A stretch of 64,000 bases of DNA from Daphnia carinata (lineage: Eukaryota): contig NC_081332.1 of the NCBI RefSeq assembly GCF_022539665.2, positions 5,704,001-5,768,000 of the forward strand, given 5' to 3'. The stretch's first letter is position 1. Every line of letters starts with the position of its first letter. Below, piece after piece: positions 1 to 10,800 of this stretch. The position numbers and the translations under genes were made by a program. The notes below the pieces were generated by a model, which had not been told where the DNA came from, did no database searches, and was given only the letters and a program-made list of their open reading frames with translations.

Positions 1-578
1 ACAGGTGCTAGTTTATCATTCAAGAGCCTTATACAATGAAGTTAATCTGCAATTTGTATGTCCTTTCCCAAGCTTCCACCAGAAGTTGAATCTATGAGTC
101 ATGTAAGTTCCATGATCAACAATTGATGTGTTTAACGGTGTTGTTTTTCTTTTCTCAATATAGGTTAATAGTAACATTGGATCTGAAAAGATTCTTGGTT
201 GGGGCAAGACACTGAATAAATTGTATTGATTGGATGGATGACATGACATTTCTATACTTAATTCGGATTCCCCAGACGGTATTTGATATTAAAAAAATTG
301 AAGTGCATATCTGGGCTCCCTTCTTTTCTGAAGCCCCGTTTCCCTTTGACTCATAATAAGCCCGTAGGGGGTCATGCCCCTACTGTACGGTATATATAAA
401 AATAACATATACCGAGGTTTGGAGGGCTCTGGCCGGAAAGGGGACGTGGGGTGCCGCTTAGTCCGATGATGTGTTCACGGAGGGCGACGTGGCTACCCAC
501 AAATCCGAACTAAAGGTTAATCGCTCCAGTAAAAATGTTCCAAATCTTCGGCTCTTCTTCCGGCTTCTCTTAGCCAAT

Positions 579-676
579 CACCGGGTAATCTCCCCGGTGG
601 GTCAACAAGGCAGTGTCTCCCCCTGCCTGGGTTGACGGCAACTTTTGAAAGGGCTATTGTGCCTTTTTAAAGTTGC
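579..676. other. Three consecutive hairpins at the inner arm end (mirror copy at ~1618-1715)
   Basis: caccggg-taatctc-cccggtg; gtcaac-aaggcag-tgtctcccc-ctgcct-gg-gttgac; gcaacttt...aaagttgc. Also present at 4163-4261, ~35963-36037 and ~36972-37069. Confidence 0.75.
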
Positions 677-978
677 AAAAATAATTCAAATGTGCAGAGT
701 ATTGTCAATATAATTTTTTTTATAAAATATTTTTCCAAAATTTGTTTCTTTCATTGTTTGTTATCGCTGTGTTCACACATTACGTTTATCAACTTTTTCA
801 TTTATTTACCTTGCTCAATTCATTGTTTTTGCCACCGTGAGGTGTGCATTGTTTCCATAGGTTTATCATTTATCTATAAGTCTTATTATTATTTATTACA
901 TTCTATGAACTTACATTCAAGGAACAACTTGTAATCCCTGGATATTTTCTGAAGCAATTTTGTATTTGTATTTTATCT

Positions 979-1049
979 TACTCGTGTGGGAACCGATCCC
1001 CAGACATTCAGCGTGCAACGCCGATCCTCTAACATTGAGCCACGAGATA
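979..1049 (-). pseudogene. tRNA-like unit (Ala TGC-like anticodon loop) in the spacer of copy A
   Basis: Minus strand reads ctcg-TGGCTCAATGTTAGAG-ga-tcggc-gtTGCac-gctga-atgtct-gggGATCGGTTCC-cacacgag: A-box, anticodon stem and degenerate B-box. Confidence 0.6.
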
Positions 1050-1145
1050 TATCTAACCTTTTTATTATCGCATATCATATGTTATCGTCTAGGATGTTTA
1101 TGCAGTCTTTCACAATTATATGTTTATCTGTCCATGAATTTTATA

Positions 1146-1216
1146 AGGTCCATAGCTCTGCGGTAGAGCCTTTAGCTGTGATATATGATACCTAGGGTTC
1201 AAACCACAGTAGATGT
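1146..1216 (+). pseudogene. Degenerate tRNA-like unit in the spacer of copy A
   Basis: A-box/D-arm TAGCTCTGCGGTAGAGC and B-box GGTTCAAACC at tRNA spacing; anticodon arm is decayed. Confidence 0.55.
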
Positions 1217-1332
1217 AAAAAAAAGAAGCGGAATAAATGTATAAGAGAATATTGCAACATTGCATTTCAGTTTTATTATAAGTGTAAATGCAAGTCCGCA
1301 AGTGACTAGAAAAAAGCCAACTTAAGATCATA

Positions 1333-1403
1333 TGATTCATGGCTCATTGGTATAGCATCGGCGAGGTATGCCGAACATCCAGGGTTCAATCCCTGTATAA
1401 TAA
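1333..1403 (+). pseudogene. tRNA-like unit in the spacer of copy A
   Basis: TGGCTCATTGGTATAGC A-box, tcggc/gccga anticodon stem with a non-canonical loop (no U33), B-box GGTTCAATCC. Confidence 0.6.
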
Positions 1404-2069
1404 TTGAATGCTTATAGATAAACGATAAACCAATGAAAACAATGCTTACCATCAAAGGTGGCATAGACAATAATGGTGAATTAAGCAAACTAAATAAAAA
1501 AATTAATAAATGTAATGAATGAACACAGCGAACACAGACAATGAAAGAAAAAATTTTGCAAAAAATATTTTCTAAAAAAATTTTATTGACAATTCTCCGC
1601 ACATTAAAATTATTTTTGCAACTTTAAAAAGGCACAATAGCCCTTTCAAAAGTTGCCGTCAACCCAGGCAGGGGGAGACACTGCCTTGTTGACCCACCGG
1701 GGAGATTACCCGGTGATTGGCTAAGAGAAGCCGGAAGAAGAGCCGAAGATTTGGAACATTTTTACTGGAGCGATTAACCTTTAGTTCGGATTTGTGGGTA
1801 GCCACGTCGCCCTCCGTGAACACATCATCGGACTAAGCGGCACCCCACGTCCCCTTTCCGGCCAGAGCCCTCCAAACCTCGGTATATGTTATTTTTATAT
1901 ATACCGTACAGTAGGGGCATGACCCCCTACGGGCTTATTATGAGTCAAGGGGAAACGGGGCTTCAGAAAAGAAGGGAGCCCAGATATGCACTTCAATTTT
2001 TTTAATATCAAATACCGTCTGGGGAATCCGAATTAAGTATAGAAATGTCATGTCATCCATCCAATCAAT

Positions 2070-3458
2070 ACAATTTATTCAGTGTCTTGCCCCAACCAAG
2101 AATCTTTTCAGATCCAATGTTACTATTAACCTATATTGAGAAAAGAAAAACAACACCGTTAAACACATCAATTGTTGATCATGGAACTTACATGACTCAT
2201 AGATTCAACTTCTGGTGGAAGCTTGGGAAAGGACATACAAATTGCAGATTAACTTCATTGTATAAGGCTCTTGAATGATAAACTAGCACCTGTAGAATGT
2301 TGCATTGTTGATAGTTGTGTTCCCAGTACATGAAAATCCTTTCCTATTGGATAAATTTTTTTTTTATATTAGACATGGTCGGCAAAAAGCAGGAGAAATG
2401 ATTATTAATAAATTCAAAAAATTTTCAAGAAAATTTCTTTCATACCTAAAAAGTCCATGTATGATGTTCATCGCTGCAATGCCAACGAAATGAAACATCT
2501 TTAGGGCCATTTAAGTACCCAGCTTCACCAACACTCTGAATGTAAAGGACAAGTTGTTCTTTAGCAAGAGAAGCAGAATTATTTGAGGCTTCTAGCTGTG
2601 ACAGAACTATAAAGGATTGCTGTTACAAAGGATTCATTCACACAAGATGGTACTTCTCATTAGACAATTTGCATACTCTATTACTTTACCTCATACCTTA
2701 ATGGTGATGCATTTTCAGTGTTTTTCAACTGTAGGCTCACTCTTCCATCCTGTAACACTTCCAGACTTGACTTGATCCCCCACTAAAATTCTGTGAATGC
2801 AAAATAATAGCATTAAAAATACTTTTTCTATAGACAAAAAACCGAAAAGTACCTAATTCATGTTTTATGTTGAACTCGTGCTATTGCTGGGTTTCTGTAC
2901 CACACCCATTTTCAGCCCAAATACAGTCCCACAATTGTTCACTTCCTTCGCTGCATGGACTTATTACTAACAATTCTTTTAGTGCAGCACTAACAGAATT
3001 TAACTTTAACACACTGTCAGGTGGTAGACTGAATAACTTAACAATAAAAAATTGTTTGTTAAAATTCTATACTTATTTTGAATTCTTATTTGAAAAGTTT
3101 AGGTACCTGACTGTGTTCGCCTAATGCCAATTCATCCTCATGTTCAGTTAGGGAAGAGTTTCGAAAAACCTTCACTGTTTGGAAACTGTTCCGTTCCAAT
3201 TTGTTCTTTTCCCCTAGCTGAGCTTGTAGACTCAAAATTTGAGCTACAAAACACAAATGAATAAAAGCAAATAAATAGAATCATTATGTATTAGGCCTTA
3301 CCATCCTTAGCTTTGCTGTTATCTAATATTTTGTGTTGTTCCAATAATTGGGCCTGCAGCTTCATAATTTGATCTAATAAACAATAATTAATACTTGAAA
3401 ACCAATATAATAATGTTTATACTTACCATCCTTTTATTATTATCATTATCTTATCCAT
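2070..3458 (-). pseudogene. Spliced relic gene (coiled-coil-like N-terminus) in the right arm of copy A
   Basis: Same GT..AG introns and exons as the copy at 34221-35610, with frameshifts. Confidence 0.45.
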
Positions 3459-3659
3459 TTTTCAATTGTTCCTCCAGCCACGCGTTATTCTCCATCCACG
3501 CTACTGAGCTAACTGCGAATGGCATCCAATGGACTGAAATTGCCTACGCCAGTAATAACGAGTCTGAGCGGTAGATGGCTACGTGTCGGAAAAAAGTGCG
3601 ATTTTTTTTTTTCCGACATTTTTTTTTTTTTTTTTTTTCTATGTAAAACGGATTGCCAT

Positions 3660-4066
3660 CAGACTTGCCGCGCCGATCAATTTTCCGATCGCGATCTCCG
3701 ATCCGATCAAACTGCGAAAGATCGGATCGGCGATCAAATTTTGCCGATCATTTTTAGCGATCATTTTTGTGCAGCATCTAACGGTAAAAATTTACACTGT
3801 TTCGCGAAAATAGCATTGACTGTCACAGCGACAGTCACTGGCGGCCATTGAGGGTGAACACTAAACAGTTTCCTTCAATTGGCATTCGCAAAAATAGCAG
3901 TGAAATAGAACCCTGCGTCTGAAAATCTACAGCTAGATGGCGAAGAGTTTGATCGCTAAAAACGATCGGATCGCGATCAATTTTTTGGAATCGCCGATCC
4001 GATCTCCGATCTTTTTCAAAAGATCGGATCGGCGATCAATTTTTGATCGCGATCGCGGCAAGTCTG
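3660..4066. mobile_element. MITE with 13-bp perfect TIR CAGACTTGCCGCG and CGATCG-rich imperfect subterminal inverted repeats
   Basis: cagacttgccgcg at 3660-3672 and cgcggcaagtctg at 4054-4066, ~130 bp of imperfect symmetric GATCG-rich arms, no coding capacity. Confidence 0.8.
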
Positions 4067-4521
4067 GCTATGGGGCTACCCAAAAATCCGAATTAACAGT
4101 TAATCGCTCACGTAAAAGCTTGTCCGCAACCTTCGCTCTTCTTCCGGCTTCTCTTAACCACGCACCGGGTAATCTCCCCGGTGAGTCAACTGAGGTAGTG
4201 TCTCCCCCTACCTTGGTTGACAGCAACTTTGAAATCGGCTATTTTGCCCTTTCAAAGTTGCACGCCTTTAAATTGTGCCGAATATTGTCAATACAAATTC
4301 TTTAAAAAAAAATCTACAGATGTTGGGTATTTTTACTGTCGTACTGTTGCTCTGCACTGTTCACTAATGTGAACGTTTCCTTATTTATGTCGCAAGGTCA
4401 TTTTATGGACGTATACGTTATATTTTAAATTTTTGCTGTTCCCAATCATGGGAGAATTCATCGTTATTAACATACATCATGTTTGACATTTTGAGTTACA
4501 TATATTTATTTAGTTTCATTT

Positions 4522-4593
4522 TGACTCTTTAGGGGATTGAACCCTTAATTTCTAGCGTGCGATGCCGATGCTCAATCATAGACCCATGAGTCT
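4522..4593 (-). pseudogene. tRNA-like unit (Ala CGC-like loop)
   Basis: Minus strand: gactc...gagtc acceptor pairing, tcggc-atCGCac-gctag, B-box GGTTCAATCC. Homologous to the 979-1049 unit. Confidence 0.55.
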
Positions 4594-4789
4594 TGGAAAT
4601 TGGTTTACTTTTTTTTCATGTCTTTTGAAGGAAGCCTATTTGCACTTGTAATAATATTGTTGTGCGTCCCAACGCAATTTAATATCTCCGTCTCGGAATG
4701 TCACCTATAAATACGACAGAGTGATTCATTTTTTGTACAAAGAAATATTATCTTCAGTGGGAACCGTAACTCAATCATCTGGCACAGAC

Positions 4790-4861
4790 GATCCAGGCGT
4801 GACTCGAACTCTTGACTTTCGTTTCCCGTAGTCAGACGCTCTACCTCAGAGCTATTAACAT
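4790..4861 (-). pseudogene. tRNA-Arg(ACG)-like unit
   Basis: Minus strand TAGCTCTGAGGTAGAGCGTCTGACTACGG...GAGTTCGAGTC. GCGTCTGACTACGG matches the eukaryotic tRNA-Arg(ACG) anticodon arm; the 3' stems are decayed. Confidence 0.55.
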
Positions 4862-4874
4862 TACGAAATTTCCC

Positions 4875-4935
4875 GTAGCGTGCCAGTACGATACAGCGTA
4901 ACGTAAAATAAGAAAAAGTCGGGATTATTTTTCAA
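4875..4935. repeat. Fragment of the repeat family at 30445-31310
   Basis: tagcgtgccagtacgatacagcg matches 30645 tagcgcgccagtacgctacagcg; aataagaaaaagtcgggattatttt matches 31147. Confidence 0.6.
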
Positions 4936-5159
4936 CCTGACTATACATCAGATGGCCGTGCATGATAAGGTTATAATAATAGCACGAGGTATATCTTCAT
5001 GCTATGATCTATACTTATCAGGTATGCCTTCCCATTAGTGTGATATATAATGCTAGTAGTCTCTGTTAACGAAGTAGTGTTATAAGTATATATGCAGCTC
5101 GCGCGATCAACCAATAGTGAAATAGCAAAACAAACACGAAAAAAGCCGCCACCCCATTT

Positions 5160-5720
5160 CATTTATGATCAAAATGCTTAAAATGTTTGGAATATTAATG
5201 TTCATTTTTTACTTTTTGCCAAGTTGAAAAAAAAAATTACCGGAAGTGACTGGAAGTAGCTTATATCTCCAGAAATACTGGGCCTACAACAAAAAGAATA
5301 TGATTTTCGTGATCCTCGTGAAATTTAAGGTGTGTCTGACCTATTTTGACCCTTTTTGGCGAAAAGTCCAACTTGGCCAAAATAGCGATTTTTCCTTAAC
5401 TTAAGTTCAGGGAAATTTGCGATTTTTGACGATTTTCGGGTATTTTCTACTGACACATGGATTCAACCCCAAATTTCACGAGGATTACGAAAATGTGGTT
5501 CTCTTTTCATTCAGACCAACAGTTAGTGAGTTATCAGGCATTTTCAAACCGGAAGTTATACTGAAAATTAAAACTTTGAAAATTTAAAAAATGAACTATG
5601 TTCTCCTTTACAAGTTACACAAGATCTGCCTAGTTTCAAACGTGAACTATAGTAAATTAACATAACATGGACTTTCAAAGTTCTTAAAGTTCAGTTTTCT
5701 GGTACGACCTGTATACCACT
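5160..5720. mobile_element. Probable non-autonomous DNA transposon fragment ending at TTAA (Kolobok-like)
   Basis: Internal inverted blocks (attttcgtgatcctcgtgaaattt at 5303; aaatttcacgaggattacgaaaat at 5471) and end ...tataccact|ttaa. The other end was not found. Confidence 0.4.
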
Positions 5721-6584
5721 TTAAAGCACTACCACACACATAATAATCGAAGCAAATGTTTCATAACCATCCCCTTAATTTGATAGCTATCAAAATTAAG
5801 GTGATAGTGGAACAGATATGGTTATTACCGGAAAAAGTAAACGGGAGATCCAATTCTTGCGGAATATTGATAGCAAATAGCACATCTTGTTAGAATTTCT
5901 TGAAAGTCCAACAAAAAAAATCTTCTGTTACAGACTGTGAATATTTTGTTGCATTGGGAAATGACTGCTATCATTTAGTTTTTGCATTAACATGCAGGCA
6001 TGAACATCTGCATTTAAATCCATAAATAAGTTACAATTAATTCATAAAGTAATAAAATCATGCAACAAACCACGATATGTACAGAGTACACAACAGAACA
6101 CATCTGTTACTTTTAAGTTCACTACTGGATTTGTTTACTAATAAAGCAGAATAAGATTAACATATTGCAAATGTAAAAGTAGTAATTAGTCATCTTAATA
6201 ATCCTGAAAATTGGCTTTTGGTTGTAAAACACAAAAGCCATCAATTTTCACCAAAATATCATGCAAAGTTCTTCTTGTAACACTGGCTTTACCCAGAATT
6301 ATACCACATGAGACCTGGTTTTCCAAAAGTATGTTAATATTACCTCATTGTAAGCCCAAGTGCAACGACTGACATTTCCTTTAGGTAACAAGCAGTGCAG
6401 TATTTGCACATGGATAATAGCGGTGGAGGTAAAAACAACAACAAAAAACAGAATTAACGATACCGTTCAGACGAGGGAAACTCAATTACACGCTGTCAAC
6501 GTAAAAACAAAGTAAACAATGAGAATCACATGACAACAAAAAATAATAATAGTTCGATTTCAGACGCTAGAGACTGATGAATCT

Positions 6585-6601
6585 GCAGCGCCATCTAGTG
6601 G
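6585..6601 (-). promoter_or_regulatory. CTCF-consensus-like motif
   Basis: Reverse complement CCACTAGATGGCGCTGC closely matches the metazoan CTCF core consensus. Confidence 0.45.
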
Positions 6602-6659
6602 AAATGCAGTTTGGACAGGATTTAAAAATAAGCTCGGCAAAACAAGCCCGAATTGTCAA

Positions 6660-6740
6660 CTTGACCAGTAGATGGCGATAAGCAGAAAAAAAAAGACCGA
6701 CATTTTTTTTTTGCTAAAATGGTTTGCCATATTGCCATAC
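6660..6740. mobile_element. Terminus of a related foldback-family element
   Basis: gtagatggc...ccgacattttttttt...taaaatggtttgcc|atattgccatac parallels the copy A end gtagatggc...ccgacatttt...taaaacggattgcc|at and the 33986-34005 junction. Confidence 0.55.
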
Positions 6741-7828
6741 AGTAAATCTTAATGTATTTAACGTAGGTACACTTTATATGGAAAAACTTGAGCTCTGGAT
6801 GTTAAGCTCCGTAGATAGCGTTGTGTGCCTAATGCCAATACCCTTGATCATGAGGTGCATCTCATTTGCAGGTCTTGTGGTACCATCTATTACCAAAGCG
6901 TCGATTTAACAGACCGGTGGCCAGTTATAATATTGGAGCATACGGGCGATTGGTACAAACGCCATCTATTGAGCTTAACTGCGTAGTTCAAGATATTTTG
7001 GTAGGCGTTAATACCCCTGGCATACTTCGTGCTTTGGCCTTAAAAATAAATAGTCAGTTTATGAATCAGATAGACAAATTGTCTATTGATCTCCACAGTT
7101 AGGGAGCCTTTGGCAACTCATGGCAAAGTGTGTGGTAAGTCCCGTTGTTAAATATGATTAATCAAAAATATTATACATCCAAAATTTCTAATACAATTAT
7201 AATCTTTTATTTCTCGCTTTGATAGCGATTACGTATTTAGAGTTCAGCCCAGATTACCTGAGACATTTACTACCTCACGGTACTAGCGCAACATCTGTAA
7301 AACAATTCCAATGAACATACATTTTACATGTCACGTTAATACCTGCCGGAATTCTGGTAGTCAATAGATTTTTCTTTAAAAACTTCCATTACCTGTTTTC
7401 AATAAAAACCATTTTCTTAGCAGAAAGCACATGGCCTTTTGTTTACAGGATCGCTTGGTATCCCATCTACCGGTGATAATAAACACTCGACAAATTTGAA
7501 TCCAGGCTTCAGTGCTCGATAGTCCCGATTCAGGAAGCACAATTGGGTTAAAAATATGATACTACCTTTTATCGTTAATTCGGCTGATCGAAAAAAATCT
7601 GTCTAGGCGCCGCAACAAGCAAAACGACAAAACTTGCCTTCAACAATTAACCGTAGATTCCCCAAAAATCAGTCTTCAAGGCACGAGCTCCTATCAAAGT
7701 GCTCACGATAAGTCTTGTAGACTAAATCCCTACCTCGAAATAATGAAAGCACACAAGCGAACAATTTATTGAGAAAAAATTAAGTAAGAACCATTTTGAC
7801 ATTTCATCTTTCAATGTTGGCATCTACA

Positions 7829-10800
7829 TTATTTATCCAACCTATTGTCACGAACGATGTTGACAATAAAGGTCCGTATCTCCATCGGTTGGAGCTCGAC
7901 GTTAGGGAATTTTGTTGGTCGTTGTCCGTTATGCTGCCTTTCTGCCGAGTTCCACAAAAGACGCTGAGAATCTTTTCTAAATTGATTCCCTCCTAACATG
8001 GTCTCTTCAGCCGACGTGATGATAAAACCAGGGAACAGATTCTGTGAAATATGAATAAAAATAAAAAATAATCCGTTCACTTTCCAGTTTGAAATCGGAA
8101 TTACATGAAGCGAAACGGTAACTGGAGCCGAGAGGATTTCATCCTCTTCAACATCGTAGATGTGCTCCAATCTAATGAGGTAATAGCCGTCTTGTCTCTT
8201 CTCCAATGTCAGTAGGTTCACGTTCTCGGGTAATGTCCTGCTGATTAGTTGTTGCTGGAGATAAAAACAAAAGAAACATAAATAAATATCCATCTGGAAG
8301 GTCATCGAAACACTAAGTAATCAGTGCATACCTGAGTCTTGTAGAGACTATTCCACTCAGCAAAGTGCAACTTTGTTGGGATAAAAGAGAGATGCGGTTG
8401 TTTGTAGAGTTGTTGCGCCAAAGGTCTGAACCTTTTGGCTGAACTGGGCCCGTCACTGAGGATCAGATAGTGTGTACCGCGGATGACTAGGCCGCGATGG
8501 AAAGCTGTCTCGTCTAGCGGCTCGTCGACGCCGAAAGAGTCGTCGTGGAGCAGCCGCCGATGAACCATCAATTCGATCAGTCCGCCGTCGAGGCTAGACC
8601 CTCCTTGAGACCGGTCGACGAGGACGGTAGCTTGGTGCTTTCCCAGTGGGTCTCGAATGAAAAGGTGAGAATTGATGGGGTAGTAATTACCCGAGACGGA
8701 CTCTGTTGGCGTGTAGGTGTAGGACTCTCTAGCGTCTAGTTCGCGTTTCAATGTCTGACGACCGTTGGCGTCCGTGTAGAAAGTTCCGTCGCTTTTTAAG
8801 ATAGTCGTCGTTACTCGGCTGATGACTTCCTTTCCAATTTTGTCGCTTTTTTTTCCCCCACGAAGAAAAGCATTCTTATTATTTTAAACTCAAGCCTAGT
8901 TTTAGGAAAATGTGGGCCATCCTTCAATTGCTACTCACCTTACCGGAATGGGCCCAATTACCCAGTCGAGTTCCACATGTTCCTGGCCATGGTAGATGCG
9001 AATGACTTGAGTCACCCAGGAATCGTAAAATTGGTGGATTTCCTGAACCAACGGTCCTGTTTGATTGGCCGTCATATAAATATTTATTTTTCTTGATGCT
9101 TGTTGTTTTTTTGTTTTTTTAATCCTAAAAATGTCACTCACCGGTGTATACTGCGGTGATTACAGCAGCGGCCATTGTATGCCTCATGGGGAACGCGTCT
9201 GTTCCATTCGGTCGGAAGATGTAGGCACCCGATGATCTCCTATCAGCTGACTCGTTATCGCCATTATATCCTGGATACCAAAGGAATTCTTGCTGGACAA
9301 AGAACTCCTTTCCGTTAACGGTTACCGAACTGAGAAGCCCCGTCGTACTGTCAACTCTAACTTTCATTTTCTGTGTGATGCAAAAGGAGATCAGTATAAA
9401 ATTCTTTGATGACAATTGTTTTATGTAATCATCACGTCAGTGGAGATAATATAGTCTTGTCCAGGAATCAAACGTTGAAGCTTAGATTTGAACGATACGC
9501 GCTGACGGTTTTTGGCTATTTTTTCGACGTAGTAAGATTTCGAACCAATAGGTGGCAGCTTGGCAGCCAAAAATACCTTTTTCAGGTGAAAAAACAAAAT
9601 TAGTTTGTTTTATTCTTCAAAAAAGTTTTGATCACGTTTTCATAGAATTCTTTTAGAATTACGAGTTCGTCTGTTGCTGCGCTTATTCGGCCCGGAATGG
9701 CATGAACTCCAGCTGCAATGGGGATAACTTGTGAATCCACCACATTACCTTAATTAGAAGAAAATTGTATACCCCAAAATGATGGCATCGCCAAAAATTC
9801 TGTTTGACTTTCAAAAATCATTTGATACCGTCAGGGTCAAGGACTTGGTAATACGCTCCGTTAGCTACCGGAATGCGAACGTATTTATCGACGTTGCTAG
9901 CCAGTGAATTGTAAATGTTGACTACAAATCTGCTGCTGTTCTCCGATACGTCACACTGACTGACATTGAGTTGGCAGTATTTGACGTCCGGCAATGGCTG
10001 GCCGCGGATGGGCAGTTGATTCCTAGACTCCGACGAAACATTAAAGCGTTAAACAGTTTCTTTGTTAAAGTTTTTTTTTTGAGATCTTACTGATAGAAAG
10101 AGGTCTGCGTTTTCTGACACTCGACCACGCCCTCGTGCAGTCGGCTCTGATAATCTTGAACAACGGCTTGCTTTTCCGTACCGCTGACAGCATCGTGATG
10201 CTGCACGATTCCCATCGCCCGCTTCATGACATTCAAGTCGCCTTTATTGGTAGCCTTGTTCCAGGACAAAGCCGAGTCCATTTGTTTGCAGGCCTTGAGA
10301 AAATAATGAAATTTAGACCGTGCATTTACAGAAGAAAGTCTAAAACGATTCATCTTCTGTTTTGTTAACGATATACCTGGAGGAGGTTGCTGGCCTGGCG
10401 GACCATGTATTTAAAAGCTGGGCGTGAAGTGAAGTAGCCCGTCCAGTAAGAATGGGCGTCGCTGCCGTAAGGAAAGAAATCGTCCGTTTTAAGCGGCCAT
10501 GATTTCTTTAAATCGTTCAAAGCTTTGACGTAGCAGCTCGGCGTAGAATATAGCAAGTTAAATCGACTGCCGTTAGCTTGACGTTCGTTCGTATATCTGA
10601 AAATTCCGGACAGCAATTTAAACACATGAGTGGGGTGAACGTTTTCAGCTGATCACTTTATGTTACGTGATGAGCTTGTCCATGTTTTTGTACCAAACGT
10701 TGGCATCCTGGTACGTGAAATCGCCTCCCATCGTCAACAAAATATGGTCAGTAGCGTAGGCCTCTGACTGCTGTTGACAATATTTTAGGAAGTCTGTTAC

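Larger units (their letters stand above)
1..3657. mobile_element. Giant foldback (long-TIR) element, copy A; left end lies outside the window
   Basis: Bases 1-687 are the near-perfect reverse complement of 1607-2293 (mirror ORFs 16-249 minus and 2045-2278 plus). Weaker symmetry continues inward to ~895/~1400. The right arm continues to the terminus TATGTAAAACGGATTGCC|AT at 3657, the same terminus as copy B. No intact transposase seen. Confidence 0.85.
4072..4864. mobile_element. Diverged relative of the foldback inner arm and spacer (hairpin triad plus two tRNA-like units)
   Basis: 4073-4300 aligns with 491-720 (ggctaccca-aaatccgaa...cttccggcttctctta...hairpins...attgtcaata). It is followed by minus-strand tRNA-like units. 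Confidence 0.75.

Noticed and set aside
16..249. Repeated 77-aa ORF MSCHPSNQYNLF... as a real gene
   Set aside because: It recurs only because it lies in the inverted arms, it is antisense to the spliced relic gene, and its C-terminus varies by frameshift between copies.
410..500. Hammerhead or HDV ribozyme in the GC-rich arm block
   Set aside because: No complete CUGANGA/GAAA core or convincing nested double pseudoknot could be identified by eye.
979..1403. Functional tRNA genes
   Set aside because: Acceptor and T stems are broken and anticodon loops are non-canonical, so these are reported as tRNA-like only.
1..2293. Palindrome as a pure assembly (chimeric read) artefact
   Set aside because: The centre is a 0.9 kb imperfect spacer, and an independently diverged copy with the same design exists at 34010-39040. 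Read-level confirmation is still advisable.
1..3657. Pokey/piggyBac, Polinton, DIRS or Penelope identity for the foldback element
   Set aside because: No TTAA flanks, no AG-repeat termini with 6-bp TSD, and no RT, tyrosine recombinase or GIY-YIG ORF.
5767..5809. Short palindrome centred on gatagctatc
   Set aside because: It is isolated and AT-rich within a repeat cluster, and no function can be supported.
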